From positions 96,604,769 through 96,667,795 of the forward strand of contig NC_068988.1 of the NCBI RefSeq assembly GCF_001194135.2: DNA of 63,027 nt, given 5' to 3'. The notes below the pieces were generated by a model. The model was not told where the DNA came from. It saw only the letters and a list, made by a program, of their open reading frames with translations, and made no database searches. This document shows, piece by piece, positions 62,174-63,027 of this stretch. This DNA comes from Octopus bimaculoides (taxonomy: Eukaryota). The translations under genes and the position numbers were made by a program. Each line of letters starts with the position of its first letter. The first letter of the stretch is position 1.

Positions 62174-62560
62174 ATGTAAAACATGACAACTGAAAACTAA
62201 CCTAGAAAAGAAACTGGACGGTTTTGTTATCCTCTGGAAAATACTAGGCATCAAATGGAACGATTTTATCGACAACGAGGAAGTTAGAAGCAGAGTAGAC
62301 CAATGTCCACTATCCATCACCATCTGATGGTGCCTGACTGAGTTGGCTGGGGTCTATTGTAGGACTCCCGACGAACAGAAATGGAAACCTCAGGGGAACC
62401 AGTTCAGGGGAAACCCAAGATGAACTGGCACAGACGATTAGCAGGAACCTTCATCTGGTTAACCTATGATGTAACGACGCACTGAGAGTGGGTGCTGGCT
62501 GATCCTGCTGGGTTAGTTTTACTGCCTCATGTATCACTCGACATGAGAGCACCTAAGTCT
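62170..62560 (+). mobile_element. RTE-clade LINE 3' end (5'-truncated)
   Basis: YGCKT*QLKTNLEKKLDGF..LWKILGIKWNDFIDNEEVRSRVDQCPLSITI..KWKPQG..GKPKMNW matches the RTE C-terminal YG.E.W....E..LD.F...LR.IL.I.W.D...NEEV...W.P.G.R.RGRP...W pattern. Confidence 0.85.
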
Positions 62561-62606
62561 CAATCTGATCACAACTCCAGCTTTCACTCTTCTTCTCTTA
62601 CTCTCT

Positions 62607-62675
<69 letters not shown>

Positions 62676-63027
62676 CCGCACTCTCTAGTTCTAGGCGTTT
62701 GTTTAGTCAGCCTATTTGAACACATACCACAGTAATGGGAGCTTCGCTAACATTAATTCTCTTTGTAATGAAAGCAAGTTGGGTGTTTGTATGCAAGGTA
62801 TCGTTAATATGGTCTATAATCTATGCATATTTAATATAATTCTGGTGGTGAGTTTTAATCAGGAATTTTTTCTAAAAAGTCTAATTAAAACCATATGTAT
62901 CGCCAAGTTTTATTATGAGAGATTAATTTTCGTTCAACACATGATGGCGGCCCATTCAGTGGAAAATAATCTTTGATACACTAATACTATTAGGATAGCA
63001 TGTGTACTGGGGTATATATATATATAT

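Overview
AT-rich, repeat-saturated metazoan genomic DNA with many N-gaps and very dense (AT)n, (AC)n, (AG)n, (TACA)n, (TATC)n and trinucleotide microsatellites. The repeat landscape (three abundant tRNA-derived SINE-like families, maT/mariner remnants, RTE, CR1/L2-like, R4/Dong-like and Penelope remnants, short TTAGGG tracts) looks like a coleoid cephalopod (Octopus-like) draft scaffold; this is inference, not a database result. I could not identify any host protein-coding gene: nearly all supplied ORFs are microsatellite, gap or SINE read-through artefacts. Recognisable coding relics are all from dead transposons: a DD37D/maT-like transposase (27.4-28.2 kb and 26.1-26.4 kb), an internally deleted mariner with both TIRs (43.4-44.2 kb), three Penelope-like GIY-YIG relics (19.6-20.1, 33.7-34.3, 50.5-50.8 kb), RTE 3' ends and a REL-endonuclease relic. 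The most interesting signal is absent from the ORF track: five minimal type I hammerhead-ribozyme-like motifs (one with a fully canonical core at 58653-58700, minus strand; two sharing an unusual CUGUYGA core inside a ~160-nt dispersed repeat), which suggest Penelope-associated or retrozyme-like short elements. Several closely spaced inverted repeats (a ~395-bp foldback element and inverted SINE pairs) could form dsRNA.
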